A stretch of DNA of 64,000 nt, taken from positions 32,001 to 96,000 of the forward strand of contig OY970399.1 of the NCBI GenBank assembly GCA_963720545.1, read 5' to 3'. The stretch is from an uncultured Acidobacteriota bacterium (lineage in GTDB: Bacteria; Acidobacteriota; Vicinamibacteria; Fen-336). How positions within the stretch are numbered: the first letter of the stretch is position 1; each line of letters begins with the position of its first letter. Positions 22,947 through 34,751 of this stretch are shown here, piece after piece. Position numbers and translations under genes: made by a program. The notes beneath the pieces were generated by a model. It saw nothing but the letters and a program-made list of their open reading frames with translations, searched no databases and was not told where the DNA came from.

Positions 22947-24263
22947 ATGATCCCGATCCCGAAAGTAGCACTGGTTGGCCGGCCCAACGTGGGCAAGTCG
23001 ACCCTCTTCAACCGGATCGCGGGGCGCCGCAAGGCAATCGTCGATTCGCGCCCCGGCTCGACCCGGGACCGAAACTACGCCCATGTGACCTGGGCCGGAG
23101 TGCCCTTCGAGCTGGTCGACACCGGCGGGCTGCTGCTCGGGAGCCCGGATCCACTCCTGGGGCCGGCAGAGGAACAGGCCAAGCGGGCCATCGGCGAAGC
23201 GGAGGCCGTGATCTTCATGGTCGACGCACGTGCGGGCCTCCTGCCCGATGACGTCGGCATCGCCAAGGATCTGCGCAAGACCGGGAAGAAGGTGATCCTT
23301 GCCCTCAACAAGGTCGAGGGCAAGGCGCCCGACCTGTCCGAGTTCACGCGGCTCGGCTTCGACCCGATCTTCGTCATCTCAGCCGAACACGGCCTCGCCG
23401 TGGGCGACCTGCTGGACGCCGCCATCGAGGACCTGCCGCGTGCCGAAGTGCCGGAAGACGACAACAAGACGCTGCGTGTCGCGATCGTCGGCCGACCCAA
23501 CGTCGGCAAGTCGTCGCTCCTCAACTGCATCGTCGGCGACGAGCGCGCGCTGGTGTCGCCGGTGGCGGGCACCACCCGCGACGCCGTCGACAGCCTCTAC
23601 GTGAAGGGCGAAAGGCGCATGCTGTTCGTGGACACGGCCGGCATTCGCAAGCAGAAGGCGCTCGCCTCGACGGTCGACCACGTGAGCGTGCTGCAGGCGA
23701 AGCGCTCCATCGAACGCTCCCACGTCGCGGTGGTGCTGGTGGACGGCGGCACCGGCGTCCACGACATGGACGCGACCATCGCCGGCTACATCCAGGACGC
23801 GCGCCGCCCGGCGGTGATCGCACTCAACAAATCGGACCTGTTGTCGGGGAACAAGGGCGCGACGAAAAAGAGCGAGGAGGAAATCCGCTACGCGATTCGC
23901 TTCCTCGCCTACGCGCCGATCGTGCCGATCTCCGCGCTGCAAGGTCGCGGCATCGGCGTGCTGCTGCGCACCGTCGAGAGGGTGCGCGCGGCCGCGATGA
24001 CGCGCGTCGCGACCGGGCCGCTCAACCGGCTCATGCAGAAGGCGACGGCCGAGCACCCGCCGAAGACCGCGAAGGGGAACAAGGCGGTGCATGTGATGTA
24101 CGCCACACAGACCGGCATCGACCCGCCGACCTTCCTCATTACGCTCAACCACGACGTCGAACTGCACTTCTCCTACGAGCGCTATCTGCAGAACCGGATC
24201 CGCCAGGAATTCGGGTTCGAGGGCGCCCCGATCGTGCTGCGGGTGCGTGTGCGGCGCCACTAA
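22947..24263 (+). CDS. der: Ribosome biogenesis GTPase Der/EngA
   Basis: Two GRPNVGKS G-domains, DTGG and DTAG, C-terminal SYERYLQNRIR. Confidence 0.95.
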   Translation: MIPIPKVALVGRPNVGKSTLFNRIAGRRKAIVDSRPGSTRDRNYAHVTWAGVPFELVDTGGLLLGSPDPLLGPAEEQAKRAIGEAEAVIFMVDARAGLLPDDVGIAKDLRKTGKKVILALNKVEGKAPDLSEFTRLGFDPIFVISAEHGLAVGDLLDAAIEDLPRAEVPEDDNKTLRVAIVGRPNVGKSSLLNCIVGDERALVSPVAGTTRDAVDSLYVKGERRMLFVDTAGIRKQKALASTVDHVSVLQAKRSIERSHVAVVLVDGGTGVHDMDATIAGYIQDARRPAVIALNKSDLLSGNKGATKKSEEEIRYAIRFLAYAPIVPISALQGRGIGVLLRTVERVRAAAMTRVATGPLNRLMQKATAEHPPKTAKGNKAVHVMYATQTGIDPPTFLITLNHDVELHFSYERYLQNRIRQEFGFEGAPIVLRVRVRRH

Positions 24264-24277
24264 AGTCAATCGCTGCC

Positions 24278-24306
24278 TTGACACGCCCGGTCACGATTCA
24301 TAAGCT
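24278..24306 (+). promoter_or_regulatory. Putative sigma70 promoter of the IHF-MerR-tRNA unit
   Basis: TTGACA-N17-TAAGCT. Confidence 0.6.
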
Positions 24307-24350
24307 GCTTTAGCCGTTGAGGCCGAAGCGCTTGAAATCTCTGGGTTTTT

Positions 24351-24641
24351 ATGACGAAAGCGGGGATCGCACGCATTGTCTATGAGTGCCACGGCGGGCT
24401 TTCCAACAGGGAGGCGGCCCGGCTCGTGGACCTCCTTTTCGACTTGATCCGCGCTCGCCTCGCAACCACCGGCAAGGTCCAGATCACGGGTTTCGGCACG
24501 TTCCTGGTGCGCGAGAAGCGCGAGCGCAAGGGCCGCAACCCGCAAACCGGCGAGGAGATCCTGATACGCAGCCGCCGCTCGGTCGTGTTCCGCGCCTCGA
24601 AGCTGCACTTCGGCTCCGGTAAGTCGCAGGTGGTGGCCTGA
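24351..24641 (+). CDS. ihfA: Integration host factor alpha-like HU/IHF protein
   Basis: [29 protein letters not shown]; followed by MerR and tRNA-Pro as in the common ihfA-merR-tRNA-Pro order. Confidence 0.75.
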   Translation: MTKAGIARIVYECHGGLSNREAARLVDLLFDLIRARLATTGKVQITGFGTFLVREKRERKGRNPQTGEEILIRSRRSVVFRASKLHFGSGKSQVVA

Positions 24642-25114
24642 TGGCCGCGGTGGACACCCGCAAGATCCCGAACAAGCTGTTCTTCAAGATCGGCGAGGTC
24701 TGCGAACTCACCGACACCCAGCCGTACGTACTGCGCTACTGGGAGTCGGAATTCCCGTCGCTGGCACCCGCGAAGAACAGCTCCGGGCAGCGCATCTATC
24801 GCCGCCGCGACATCGAGACGGTGCTGCACATCAAGCAGCTGCTCTACGAGGAGGGCTTCACCATCGCCGGCGCGAAGAAGAAGATCGAAGCCGACGCGGG
24901 CAAGCCGGACGCCGGCGACAAGGATCCGAAGCAGGATTCGCTCCTTGACGATGCCGACGTGGATGCGGAAGAAGACGAAGCAGCACGGCAGGGGAGCAAG
25001 ACACCAGTGACCACAGTCAAAGTGAACCGCAACAACGAGCGCGTGTTGCGCGAAGTCCGCGCGCAACTGGCCGAAATATTGACTCTCCTCAAGTCGGGTG
25101 ACAAAATCTCCTGA
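24641..25114 (+). CDS. MerR family transcriptional regulator
   Basis: [44 protein letters not shown]. Confidence 0.9.
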   Translation: MAAVDTRKIPNKLFFKIGEVCELTDTQPYVLRYWESEFPSLAPAKNSSGQRIYRRRDIETVLHIKQLLYEEGFTIAGAKKKIEADAGKPDAGDKDPKQDSLLDDADVDAEEDEAARQGSKTPVTTVKVNRNNERVLREVRAQLAEILTLLKSGDKIS

Positions 25115-25121
25115 GTTCTTG

Positions 25122-25198
25122 CGGGATGTAGCGCAGCCTGGTAGCGCACCTGCTTGGGGTGCAGGTGGTCGGAGGTTCAAATCCTCTCATCCCGACCA
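25122..25198 (+). tRNA. tRNA-Pro(GGG)
   Basis: CGGGATG/CATCCCG acceptor stem, anticodon arm cctgc-TTGGGGT-gcagg, GGTTCAAATCC T-arm, encoded CCA. Confidence 0.95.
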
Positions 25199-25274
25199 TT
25201 CTTTCGAAGTCGCAGTCGCAAGTTCGTTCCCGAGTCGTTCTCGTATCCGTACGGTGCAGTCGTTCCCACCGCTT

Positions 25275-25352
<78 letters not shown>

Positions 25353-25388
25353 CTTTTATCCTTTATCTGCAGGCACGCCCCCGCGCCA

Positions 25389-25700
25389 TTAGATCGCGCC
25401 CCACTTGTGGGCAACTAGACCGCAGATGGCTCCGCCGATAATGCCGAGCAAGACTATCGGCGCGTAGGCTTTCGTCACCACAGCGCTCGGCAGGCTAACC
25501 AAGAGACCGACGATGGCTCCAGCAGCCCAAGATGGAAATGGCATCCTGACCTGTGCAGCGAGAAAGCCAATGGCGAAACGGTCAAGAAACGCTGCGGCGA
25601 GAGCTGCCCGCTTGTCGGGAAAGCTCATAGGCAGCATGAGAACGACATCGAGCGCGCCGAAACCGAGCCCAATCAAAATACCGAGCAAAAGTCGGTTCAT
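25389..25700 (-). CDS. Small hypothetical membrane protein (about 4 TM helices)
   Basis: MNRLLLGILIGLGFGALDV..; GGAGG ribosome-binding site; hydrophobic throughout. Confidence 0.7.
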   Translation of the reverse strand: MNRLLLGILIGLGFGALDVVLMLPMSFPDKRAALAAAFLDRFAIGFLAAQVRMPFPSWAAGAIVGLLVSLPSAVVTKAYAPIVLLGIIGGAICGLVAHKWGAI

Positions 25701-25831
25701 AGCTCCCTCCAACGATGCGCGATCGCTGGCTACTGTAGCAGCGGGACGTTCAACTACCGCTACAAGGCTAGTAAGCCCACGTAGGCCCAAGCTAGAGCTA
25801 CTATGGCGGCATTCAGTCGAGGGAGGGCGCT

Positions 25832-26311
25832 ATGAGGGTTGGAACGACGTTCGTGTTCGGCTGCTTGCTCTGCGTCGCAGTCCTGGCGGGACAGGCACTG
25901 AGTGTTCCAGACACCGACGAGATCGCAGCGGCCAAGAAGGAGTTGATCCAACTGGAACACGACTGGACCAAAGCCAGCATGACACGGGACCGCGCATGGC
26001 TTGAATCGTTCATCGCAGACGAGGCCACATTGACCCACCCGACGAGTGGCACAATCAAGAACAAGGCTCGCGAGGTGGCCGATACGGTCGATGCGGGGCA
26101 GGCAGTGGAAGAGATGACGCTTTCGCACGCCTCCGCCATTGTGTTCGGGAGTCCACCAACAGTCGGAGTAGTCACGGGCAGGTCATCGGAGAGCGGCGGT
26201 GGCGGTCACCTTACGGATCGGCACCGCGTTTACCTGTTTACGGACACGTTTCTGAAGCGCGGGGGCCGGTGGCAGCTCGTCGCGTCGCACTCTTCGCGAG
26301 TTGCTGAGTAG
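25832..26311 (+). CDS. Secreted NTF2-like (DUF4440-type) protein
   Basis: Signal peptide, LEHDW..RD..L, FTDTFLKRGGRWQLVASH; GGAGG RBS. Confidence 0.75.
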   Translation: MRVGTTFVFGCLLCVAVLAGQALSVPDTDEIAAAKKELIQLEHDWTKASMTRDRAWLESFIADEATLTHPTSGTIKNKAREVADTVDAGQAVEEMTLSHASAIVFGSPPTVGVVTGRSSESGGGGHLTDRHRVYLFTDTFLKRGGRWQLVASHSSRVAE

Positions 26312-26449
26312 AGAGAGACAGGTGGGGTCCGGACCCCCGAGCGATCCTGATCACGAAGTCCCGGTCTCGGCCTCAGCAACCAAGCGATGTGGGCTTCGGT
26401 CCAACCACCTGCAAAGGTAGCGACGTGCCATTTGGTGCGCCGCTCGTTT

Positions 26450-26984
26450 CTACCGGCCACCCGCCCGCGCTTCACGGGCTGTGCGTGCGTCGTAGCTCTC
26501 GCCGTAGATCGACGGGACCACCGCGCCCATCGGCCGTAGGTACATCGAGAGCTGCCCGCGGTGGTGGACCGTATGGTTGAGGCCGATCCGCAGGAACACC
26601 ACGGCCAGGGAACTTGAGGATGCCGCGGAAGTCGATCAGCCGCGCCAGGCCGGCGCCTGGGACCGCCTTCAGGCGGTCGACCAGCCTTGGCAGGCGCTCG
26701 TCGTACCACGCGTTGACGTCGGCCGGCGTGCGAATGGCATCGGGGCGGGGCCGGGGCGTCAGGTCGAACGCGCCATCGATGACCGCTTCCAGGAAGCGGT
26801 TCTCCGCCATCACGATGTGCCAGGCCAGCTCGATCGCGCTCCGCGTGACCGGGTCGGGCGTGTAGTCGCACTTGTCGGGGGGGATGGCGGCGATGACCGA
26901 CCGAGTGACCGGCCGCTCGGCCTCGATGGACGACAGCTCCACCGCTAGGAGCATTTGTGCCTGTTCGGGAGTGAAGTCGCTCAT
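26450..26984 (-). CDS. DinB family protein (apparent frameshift near 26605)
   Basis: ELAWHI in the first frame; NHTVHHRGQLSMYLRPMGAVVPSIYG continues in the shifted frame. Confidence 0.8.
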
Positions 26985-27173
26985 GGAGACATCCTACTTC
27001 CGAGGACTGAATCAGGTCGCGGCAAGTTTGTGGCCAGGCTTTCCGGTAAACGCTGGTCGTTTCTCGGCCCTCGCGTACGGATCCCACAATCCCCCTGATG
27101 TTTCGGGGTGTACCATCCGCCATCCAGACCTGACGAAGCGTTGCAGCGTGCCCGTCCGAATGGAGGAGACAAC

Positions 27174-28778
27174 GTGGCACAGTCGCAGCTCACACTGATT
27201 CCGCTGCTGGAGCGTGCCGGCAAGCTGTTTCCCAGAGCGGAGATCGTTTCCCAGCTTCCCGACAACTCGACGCACCGCTACACCTACGCCGATTTGTACC
27301 GGCGGGCGCGGGCGCTGGCGGCGGGGCTGCAGGGCTGTGGTCTGCGGCCGCGCGACCGGGTGGCGACGCTGATGTGGAATCATCATCGCCACCTCGAGGC
27401 CTACTTCGCGGTGCCGGTCGTTGGTGGCGTCCTGCACACCCTCAACCTGCGCCTGCACCCGGAGGAGCTGGCCTACATCGTCAAGAACGCCGAGGACCGC
27501 TTCCTGATCGTGGACGACGTCCTGCTGCCGGTCTTCGAGAAGATCAAGCACCTCGTGAGTTTCGAGCGGGTCATCGTGACGCCGTTCAGCGGCGAGCCCG
27601 TGCCTTCAGGCTGCGAGGACTATGAGTTGCTGCTGCAGAGCGGCGGCAGTCCCGTGTATGCAAACCTCGATGAAAACGACCCCGCGGGCATGTGCTACAC
27701 CTCGGGGACGACGGGCACGCCGAAGGGCGTCGTCTACTCCCATAGGGCGATCTCGCTGCACTCGTTGGCGATTTCACTGCCGGACAACTTCGCCATCACC
27801 CGCCACGACACGATCCTGCCGGCGATGTCCATGTTTCACGCCAATGCCTGGGGAATCCCGTACGCCGCCGTCATGAACGGCAGCAATCTCGTGTTACCAG
27901 GGCCGAATCTCCAACCCGAACGGATCCTCGACGCGCTGGCGAGCAATCAGGTCACGCTGACGGGCGGCGTGCCGACGATCTGGCTCGGTGTCATCGACGC
28001 GTTGGAGAAGGAACCGGACCGCTGGCAGCTCGCGGCAGGCGCGCGCGTGGTGGTGGCTGGCTCGGCGGCGCCAGAGGCGCTGTTCCGCCGTTTCGACCGG
28101 TTCGGCGTGCGCGTGATTCAGCCCTGGGGCATGACGGAAACGACGCCGATTGCAACGATCTGCACGCTCAAGCCGGACATGCATTCCTGGTCCGACGATC
28201 GACAGTATGAGCTGCGGGCCAAGCAGGGCCTGCCCGCGCCGTTTATCGAGATCCGCGCGATGGGCGACAACGGCGAGGTGCCTTGGGACGGTCAGACCCA
28301 GGGAGACCTGGAGGTACGCGGCCCGTGGGTCGCGGCCAGTTACTACATGCGCCCCGAGGAGAGCGGCAAATGGTCAGAGGACGGCTGGTTCCAGACCGGC
28401 GACGTCGCTACCATCGATCCGGACGGGTACATGAAGATCACGGACCGGTCCAAGGACCTGATCAAGTCGGGCGGTGAATGGATCAGCTCGGTCGATCTGG
28501 AAAATGCGCTCGTCGCTCATCCGTGTGTGGCCGAAGCAGCCGTGATTGCCATCGCCGATCCAAAGTGGCAGGAGCGGCCCCTGGCAGTGGTGGTGCTGAA
28601 AGGTGAGTCCACGGCTACGGACGACGAGTTGCGTTCGTTTCTCGCCTGCAAGTTCGCGAAGTGGCAACTGCCGGACCATTTCCTCTTCGTTCTCGAGCTC
28701 CCGCACACGTCTACCGGGAAGCTGCTGAAATCGGAACTGCGCCACCGCTACAAGGACTGGCTCAGCGTCGATGGGTGA
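27174..28778 (+). CDS. Long-chain fatty acid-CoA ligase (AMP-binding)
   Basis: [44 protein letters not shown] before the GTG start. Confidence 0.9.
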   Translation: MAQSQLTLIPLLERAGKLFPRAEIVSQLPDNSTHRYTYADLYRRARALAAGLQGCGLRPRDRVATLMWNHHRHLEAYFAVPVVGGVLHTLNLRLHPEELAYIVKNAEDRFLIVDDVLLPVFEKIKHLVSFERVIVTPFSGEPVPSGCEDYELLLQSGGSPVYANLDENDPAGMCYTSGTTGTPKGVVYSHRAISLHSLAISLPDNFAITRHDTILPAMSMFHANAWGIPYAAVMNGSNLVLPGPNLQPERILDALASNQVTLTGGVPTIWLGVIDALEKEPDRWQLAAGARVVVAGSAAPEALFRRFDRFGVRVIQPWGMTETTPIATICTLKPDMHSWSDDRQYELRAKQGLPAPFIEIRAMGDNGEVPWDGQTQGDLEVRGPWVAASYYMRPEESGKWSEDGWFQTGDVATIDPDGYMKITDRSKDLIKSGGEWISSVDLENALVAHPCVAEAAVIAIADPKWQERPLAVVVLKGESTATDDELRSFLACKFAKWQLPDHFLFVLELPHTSTGKLLKSELRHRYKDWLSVDG

Positions 28779-28820
28779 AAGTAGCGAGACCCGCGACTTC
28801 AGAGCCGTCTTAACGCGAAG

Positions 28821-29928
28821 TTAATCCAGCTTCTTCTCCGCGAGATAACGGGAGAGGAGATCCGCGATCTGGGTGTTGTTGAGGTCGGACATCGGGAAGT
28901 GCGTGTTTCCCCGGATACCCTGCTCCGGAAGGTGGACCAGAGTGACGTCCCCGCCTCTGCGATTTACCGCATCTCGCCAATGCCTGGCCATGGCCAGGAA
29001 CGTCCGCCACTGGTCCGGGCCCGGCTCCGCGGTCGGCTTTTCGGGGATGTTGTCGCCGTAGTACACAACGATCGGGATCTTCGTGAGGAGCATGAAGTCT
29101 GCAGCAGGCACGGTAGGAGGCACTAGCCTGGTCCCGCTCGCAAACGTCACGGGCGGCGGCGGTTCACCATCCGGGAAAGGGAAGTTGCCGCCCGGTTCAT
29201 AGGACACTACGGCGCGCACATTCCGGTTCTTGATGACCGTCCTCCAGCCGAGGCTGCCGCTCTGCGAGTGGGTGAGGAGGATCCCGCGACCAATCCGGTC
29301 GAAGAGAGCCGACACGGCGTCCGCGTTCACTTCCGCGTCGAATGGCCCGGTGTTCGGCACCATTTGACGAAAGAACTGGTCGAGTGCTTCTGGCTTCTGC
29401 GAGAACTGCACGCCCGGGAACAGGTTCGGCCACACGCCAAGGCGGAAGATCCCGAACCACAGCTGCTCGTCGGGCGCTGCAGGGAGGTTCAGCGGCACCG
29501 TGCTGCGTGACGCCCGTCCACGCCGTGGCTGGTCGACGAGGTACACGGAGAATCGCCGTCGAAGGAAGATGTTCTGGAATCCCTCGCGACCATCGGGCGT
29601 CGTCTCCCATGTCTTCGCGGACTCCCCATGGCCGTGCCACATCACGAGAGGCAGCGGACGAGCGTTAACCGGCACCTGATAGAACACGTACGCGTGATCG
29701 CCGTGCAGGGTCTGTCCCGCCACGCTCTGGTCGGCAGGGTTGTAGGCCCCGTGCGCGCAGCGGGTCGAAGGTTCCGGGAGCCGACACCACTGTTCCCCCG
29801 ACGGCGAAGCTCCCTTGCTCCTCGATGACCAGTGGAGGCCGCTTCTCGGTCCCAGTGACGGCCGCGGTGACGATTCCCAGGAGGCCAGCGCCGAGCAACG
29901 CGAACCGGGAGGCTTGGTACCAACTCAT
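28821..29928 (-). CDS. Secreted alpha/beta hydrolase (apparent frameshift near 29757)
   Basis: Signal peptide plus IEEQGSFAVGG in one frame; LHGDHAYV, WETTPDGREG, THSQSG, GNTHF in the other. Confidence 0.8.
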
Positions 29929-29936
29929 CGCTCCCC

Positions 29937-30797
29937 TCACTTCTTCTCGAATACTTCCCTGGCCACAGTAACCGCGGTGATGGCGCTCGGCCAGCCGGCG
30001 TAGAAGGCGAGGTGCGTGATCGTCTCGACGAGCTCGGCCTCCGTCACGCCGTTGTCGCGGGCACGAACCAGGTGAGAGCGAAGCTGATCGGGACGATTCA
30101 TGGCGACCAGGGCACTGACCGTTACCAGGCTGCGGTCGCGCGGCGACAGCTGTGGTCGCGCCCAGACGTCACCAAACAAGACATCGTCGGTCAGCTGGAC
30201 CAGCTTGGGCGAGAAGTCTCCGATCAGGCGCTGCGCGGGCGTCGGCTGCCCAGTCTCTCCGGCCCCCGCTGATGGTGAGGACGCTCCACGGATCGCGCCG
30301 CGATACTGCTCATCGGTAACCTTCTCCATCCAGTCGGTACTTTTGCCATCGAGCTTCTCGACGATTGCTATATGCGACATACCGGTCGTGGACGATGCGC
30401 CGTGCCAGTGTTTCTGCCCAGGCGGAATCCAGACGATGTCGCCGGAACGGATCTCGTCGATGGGATCGCCCCACCGCTGCACCCGTCCAAGTCCACTCGT
30501 GACAACGAGCGTTTGCCCAAGCGGATGGCTGTGCCAGGCTGTCCTTGCTCCAGGTTCGAACGTCACGCGCCCTCCTGATGCGCGGCCCGGCGCGCTCGCC
30601 TCGAACGCTTGGTCAACACGTACGGACCCGGTGAAGTTTTCGACCGGACCCTGGCGCGCGACCTGCGTCTCGCTGTGGGTGACTGCGATGAGTTTCTCGT
30701 TCGCTTCTATCGTTTGTTCTTTGGCAAGTTGCTGGGCGGCCAGGGGCACCGCAACGCACGCCATCATTGCCACCAGGACTGCAGCGGTCGATCTCAT
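29937..30797 (-). CDS. Cupin + carboxymuconolactone decarboxylase-like fusion
   Basis: [16 protein letters not shown] and HWHGA (cupin); [27 protein letters not shown] (CMD). Confidence 0.85.
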   Translation of the reverse strand: MRSTAAVLVAMMACVAVPLAAQQLAKEQTIEANEKLIAVTHSETQVARQGPVENFTGSVRVDQAFEASAPGRASGGRVTFEPGARTAWHSHPLGQTLVVTSGLGRVQRWGDPIDEIRSGDIVWIPPGQKHWHGASSTTGMSHIAIVEKLDGKSTDWMEKVTDEQYRGAIRGASSPSAGAGETGQPTPAQRLIGDFSPKLVQLTDDVLFGDVWARPQLSPRDRSLVTVSALVAMNRPDQLRSHLVRARDNGVTEAELVETITHLAFYAGWPSAITAVTVAREVFEKK

Positions 30798-30805
30798 CGC
30801 AATAG

Positions 30806-31830
<1,025 letters not shown>

Positions 31831-31879
31831 TCACCCTCACGCGTCTAAGGGGGATACAGGTTTGAAAAGGGGATAGCGA

Positions 31880-32971
31880 ATGAAGAACTCGGGTCTCAAG
31901 GCGCTGCGGACGCTGCCGGTTGCTCTGGTTGTCGCAGGATCGCTTACTAGTGGCGAGGTGGTGGGCGCGGAGCGACACTTGGCTCTTCCGGCGAAGAAAA
32001 CAATTGACAGATGGCAGGGCAGCGCCAGGGTCCCGATCGTGGGCATCGGACTGATCGAAGATGGCCGCGTCAAGGAGGCCACGGTCTTTGGCGAGATCCA
32101 CGACGGTGTTGCCGCGCCGGAAAATACGATCTTCAACGTCGCGTCGCTCACCAAACCGGTGGTGGCGATTCTCACGTTGAAACTCGTCAGCCAGGGTCGA
32201 TGGAGCCTCGATGAACCGCTATCGAACTACTTCGTGGACCCGGACCTGGTGAACGACTCACGACATACCAAGCTGACCACCCGTCTCGTTTTGACTCATG
32301 AGACCGGATTGCCGAATTGGCGGGGGAGCGAGCCCTCGAAGAAATTGTCCTTGGCGTTCGACCCGGGCACCGATACGAAGTACTCCGGAGAGGCGTTTCA
32401 GTACCTCAGGGAAGCCTTGGAGCGCAAATTCGCCCAGCCTCTGGGAGACCTGTCGGAGTCCTTGGTATTCAAGCCGTTTCAGATGACCGATACCAGGCAC
32501 TACTGGGACCGGTCGATGGACGAGTCTCGCTATGCAGGGCGCCACGACAAGGATGGAAAAGCGCTGCCTCTCGAGAAGTGGTACGAAGCGCACGCGGCAA
32601 ATCTGTTGCTCACCACGGTTCGCGATTACAGCAAGTTCGGAGCGCATGTGCTCGAAGGCGCGGACCTGTCAACGGATGTCTACGCGGAGATGGTGTCTCC
32701 TCATGTTCCCCCGGGTCGCGCATCAAGCACTGGCAACAACCCCTTCGGCTTGTGCTGGCGTCTGGTTCGCGACCTCAGCAACGGTGAATATGCTCTGGTC
32801 CACTCGGGCAGGAACCCGGGGGTTGCCGCGATCGTTGTTCTCCTGCCGAAGTCGAAGAGAGGCGTCGTGGTTCTGACCAACGGCGAAAATGGAGAGCAGG
32901 TGTACAGGGCAGTGCTCGCCGAATCCCTTGATTTGGGCACGGAGATCATCCGCAGGATGGACGGCCGCTGA
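31880..32971 (+). CDS. Serine hydrolase (class C beta-lactamase-like)
   Basis: FNVASLTK (SxxK), LTHETGL, KYS, HSG. Confidence 0.85.
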   Translation: MKNSGLKALRTLPVALVVAGSLTSGEVVGAERHLALPAKKTIDRWQGSARVPIVGIGLIEDGRVKEATVFGEIHDGVAAPENTIFNVASLTKPVVAILTLKLVSQGRWSLDEPLSNYFVDPDLVNDSRHTKLTTRLVLTHETGLPNWRGSEPSKKLSLAFDPGTDTKYSGEAFQYLREALERKFAQPLGDLSESLVFKPFQMTDTRHYWDRSMDESRYAGRHDKDGKALPLEKWYEAHAANLLLTTVRDYSKFGAHVLEGADLSTDVYAEMVSPHVPPGRASSTGNNPFGLCWRLVRDLSNGEYALVHSGRNPGVAAIVVLLPKSKRGVVVLTNGENGEQVYRAVLAESLDLGTEIIRRMDGR

Positions 32972-33179
32972 TCCCGGGGTCGCTGGAGTCTATTCCCAAC
33001 GTCTACCAGTACTGTGACTGCTAGACAGTGCGAAAAGCTTTCCTGTTCAGCCTTCGTTAAGCGCCTGCGAAGAGATGGCTTGCGAACGCTTCGTCTCTCG
33101 ATCGTGCAGGTGACGACTGCACGGAAGAACGTCTCGCCTGTCGCGCCCGCCTGAACGTTTCGCAGGGCCTGGGTGCCGA

Positions 33180-34238
33180 TCAGGGCCCCTGGTCGGATGA
33201 CAAGGCGTAGACGAGCACCTTCAGAGACCCCGGAACCACCTGCGGCCGCTGCGGCTTGCCATCGGCTCCAGTGACCGGCGGGAGGAAGGCGGCGGCCGCT
33301 ACATAGAGGCGATGTGTCTTGGGGTCGAGCGTCATGGTGCGTGACCGCGGCGGCGTGGCGAGGGTCTGCACGACGGTCATGGCGCCGGCCGCCTCGACGT
33401 GGGCAACGGTGAGTGTGCCGTCGCTGCTCGAGGCGAAAGCGAGGCCCGTGCCGGGATCGAAGGCGTTGGCGTCCACCCCAGCGCCGATGGGCACCGAGCC
33501 CAGGACCTTGCCGGCCGTTGCGTCGAAACTGAGCATCCGGTTGTTGCTGCAGCCGATGAAGAGGCGGTGGTGGGCGGCGTCGAGCGCCATGCCTGAGGCT
33601 TCCTCGCCCGGCGCGATCGGCCACCGCGCGACCACGCTGTGCCGCACCGGGTCGATCGCGGCGACCTCGCTCGTGTCCTCCAGGTTCACGTAGATCCTGC
33701 CGGCGGCCGCGTCGAACACGGCGAATTCCGGCTTTCCCGAGAGGGCAATCGTGGCGCGCACGGCCCCGGTCTTCGCATCGAAGACGGTTGCCGACTTGCC
33801 GCGCGCGTTGAAGGCATACACCTCGCCGTGCTCGCTCTCGAACAGGATCGCGTCCGGGTTCTCGCCGGTCGGCACCGTCCCGGTCATCTGGAGGGTCTTC
33901 AGGTCCACGATGCTCACTGTGGCTGCCCGCCCGTTGCTGACGAATCCACGTCCCAGGTCGGGAGCGAGGGCGACGCCATGGACGCCTGGCGTCGGTGCGA
34001 TCTCGCCGACGACCGTGTTCTTGTCGATGTCGACCACGACGACTTTGGTGGCATGCGAGACGTAGAGGCGGCGCGCTGCTGCGTCGACCGAAAGATAATC
34101 CCAGCCGCCTTCGCCGCCGATCTGGATCTCCGCGACCTTCCGGTAGGCCTCCGGCGTGGCCGCCGATGCCTGAGAACCCTGCGCGGGAAGGAGAAGGGCG
34201 GCGATGCCCACCGCCAGCGGAAGGTCACGAGTGATCAT
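33180..34238 (-). CDS. YncE-family secreted beta-propeller protein
   Basis: Signal peptide, GGEGGWDYL, TPGVHGVA, repeated blades (GENPDAI, GKPEF, GVDA); GGAGG RBS. Confidence 0.82.
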   Translation of the reverse strand: MITRDLPLAVGIAALLLPAQGSQASAATPEAYRKVAEIQIGGEGGWDYLSVDAAARRLYVSHATKVVVVDIDKNTVVGEIAPTPGVHGVALAPDLGRGFVSNGRAATVSIVDLKTLQMTGTVPTGENPDAILFESEHGEVYAFNARGKSATVFDAKTGAVRATIALSGKPEFAVFDAAAGRIYVNLEDTSEVAAIDPVRHSVVARWPIAPGEEASGMALDAAHHRLFIGCSNNRMLSFDATAGKVLGSVPIGAGVDANAFDPGTGLAFASSSDGTLTVAHVEAAGAMTVVQTLATPPRSRTMTLDPKTHRLYVAAAAFLPPVTGADGKPQRPQVVPGSLKVLVYALSSDQGP

Positions 34239-34253
34239 GCTGCCTCCGGTCCC

Positions 34254-34290
34254 AAAAAAATCCGGTCCGTGGGCAGGCCCAGGGACCGGA
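34254..34290 (-). terminator. Intrinsic-terminator-like hairpin in the leader of the YncE-family gene
   Basis: Minus strand TCCGGTCC-cTGGGC-ct-GCCCAc-GGACCGGA followed by T7. Confidence 0.6.
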
Positions 34291-34751
34291 CGGCGTGCAT
34301 CCCCCTTGAAAAGGCTGCGCACCATGGCCACTATCGACTCGCGCGCTTGGCGAGTCAACGGGTTGCGGCGCTGCGGTTCAGGCGATGTTCAGCATTCGTT
34401 AAGGCCTGGCGGTAGGTTCGGAACATGGATAGAGCACAGCCGAAAACGCCGACCAAGAAGGATGATCGCCTGGGACCGCCCAGGCCCGATCCGAGCCCGG
34501 TCGACGATCAGCGTCCGCAACCCGACGACGAAAAGCGACCGAAGGACGACAATCCCGGGCGGCGCACCAGCTAAGAACGCTTCAGTTGTGTTGCGTGTCT
34601 CGGATGATGAGATGTGGTTGCGGAACTTTGTGGACACGGGCGCAAAAACCCTGCTAGCGTCGATTCGCTGGTTGTTGAGTATTGCGCTGCAAGGCGATCC
34701 TGAGCGCCGAGCGACGAAGTCTCTCGACAACCAGCATTTTCTATTTGCGCC

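Noticed and set aside
26324..26337. Palindrome GGGGTCCGGACCCC as a REP element
   Set aside because: Single short copy with no associated transposase; it shares only the 8-bp core with the HNH-linked palindrome.
31880..32971. Calling this a beta-lactam resistance gene
   Set aside because: The SxxK serine hydrolase family includes many esterases and peptidases; the motifs do not establish beta-lactamase activity.
34389..34730. 113-aa ORF in the gap after the M28 peptidase
   Set aside because: Atypical codon usage, no RBS or motif, and competing ORFs on both strands.
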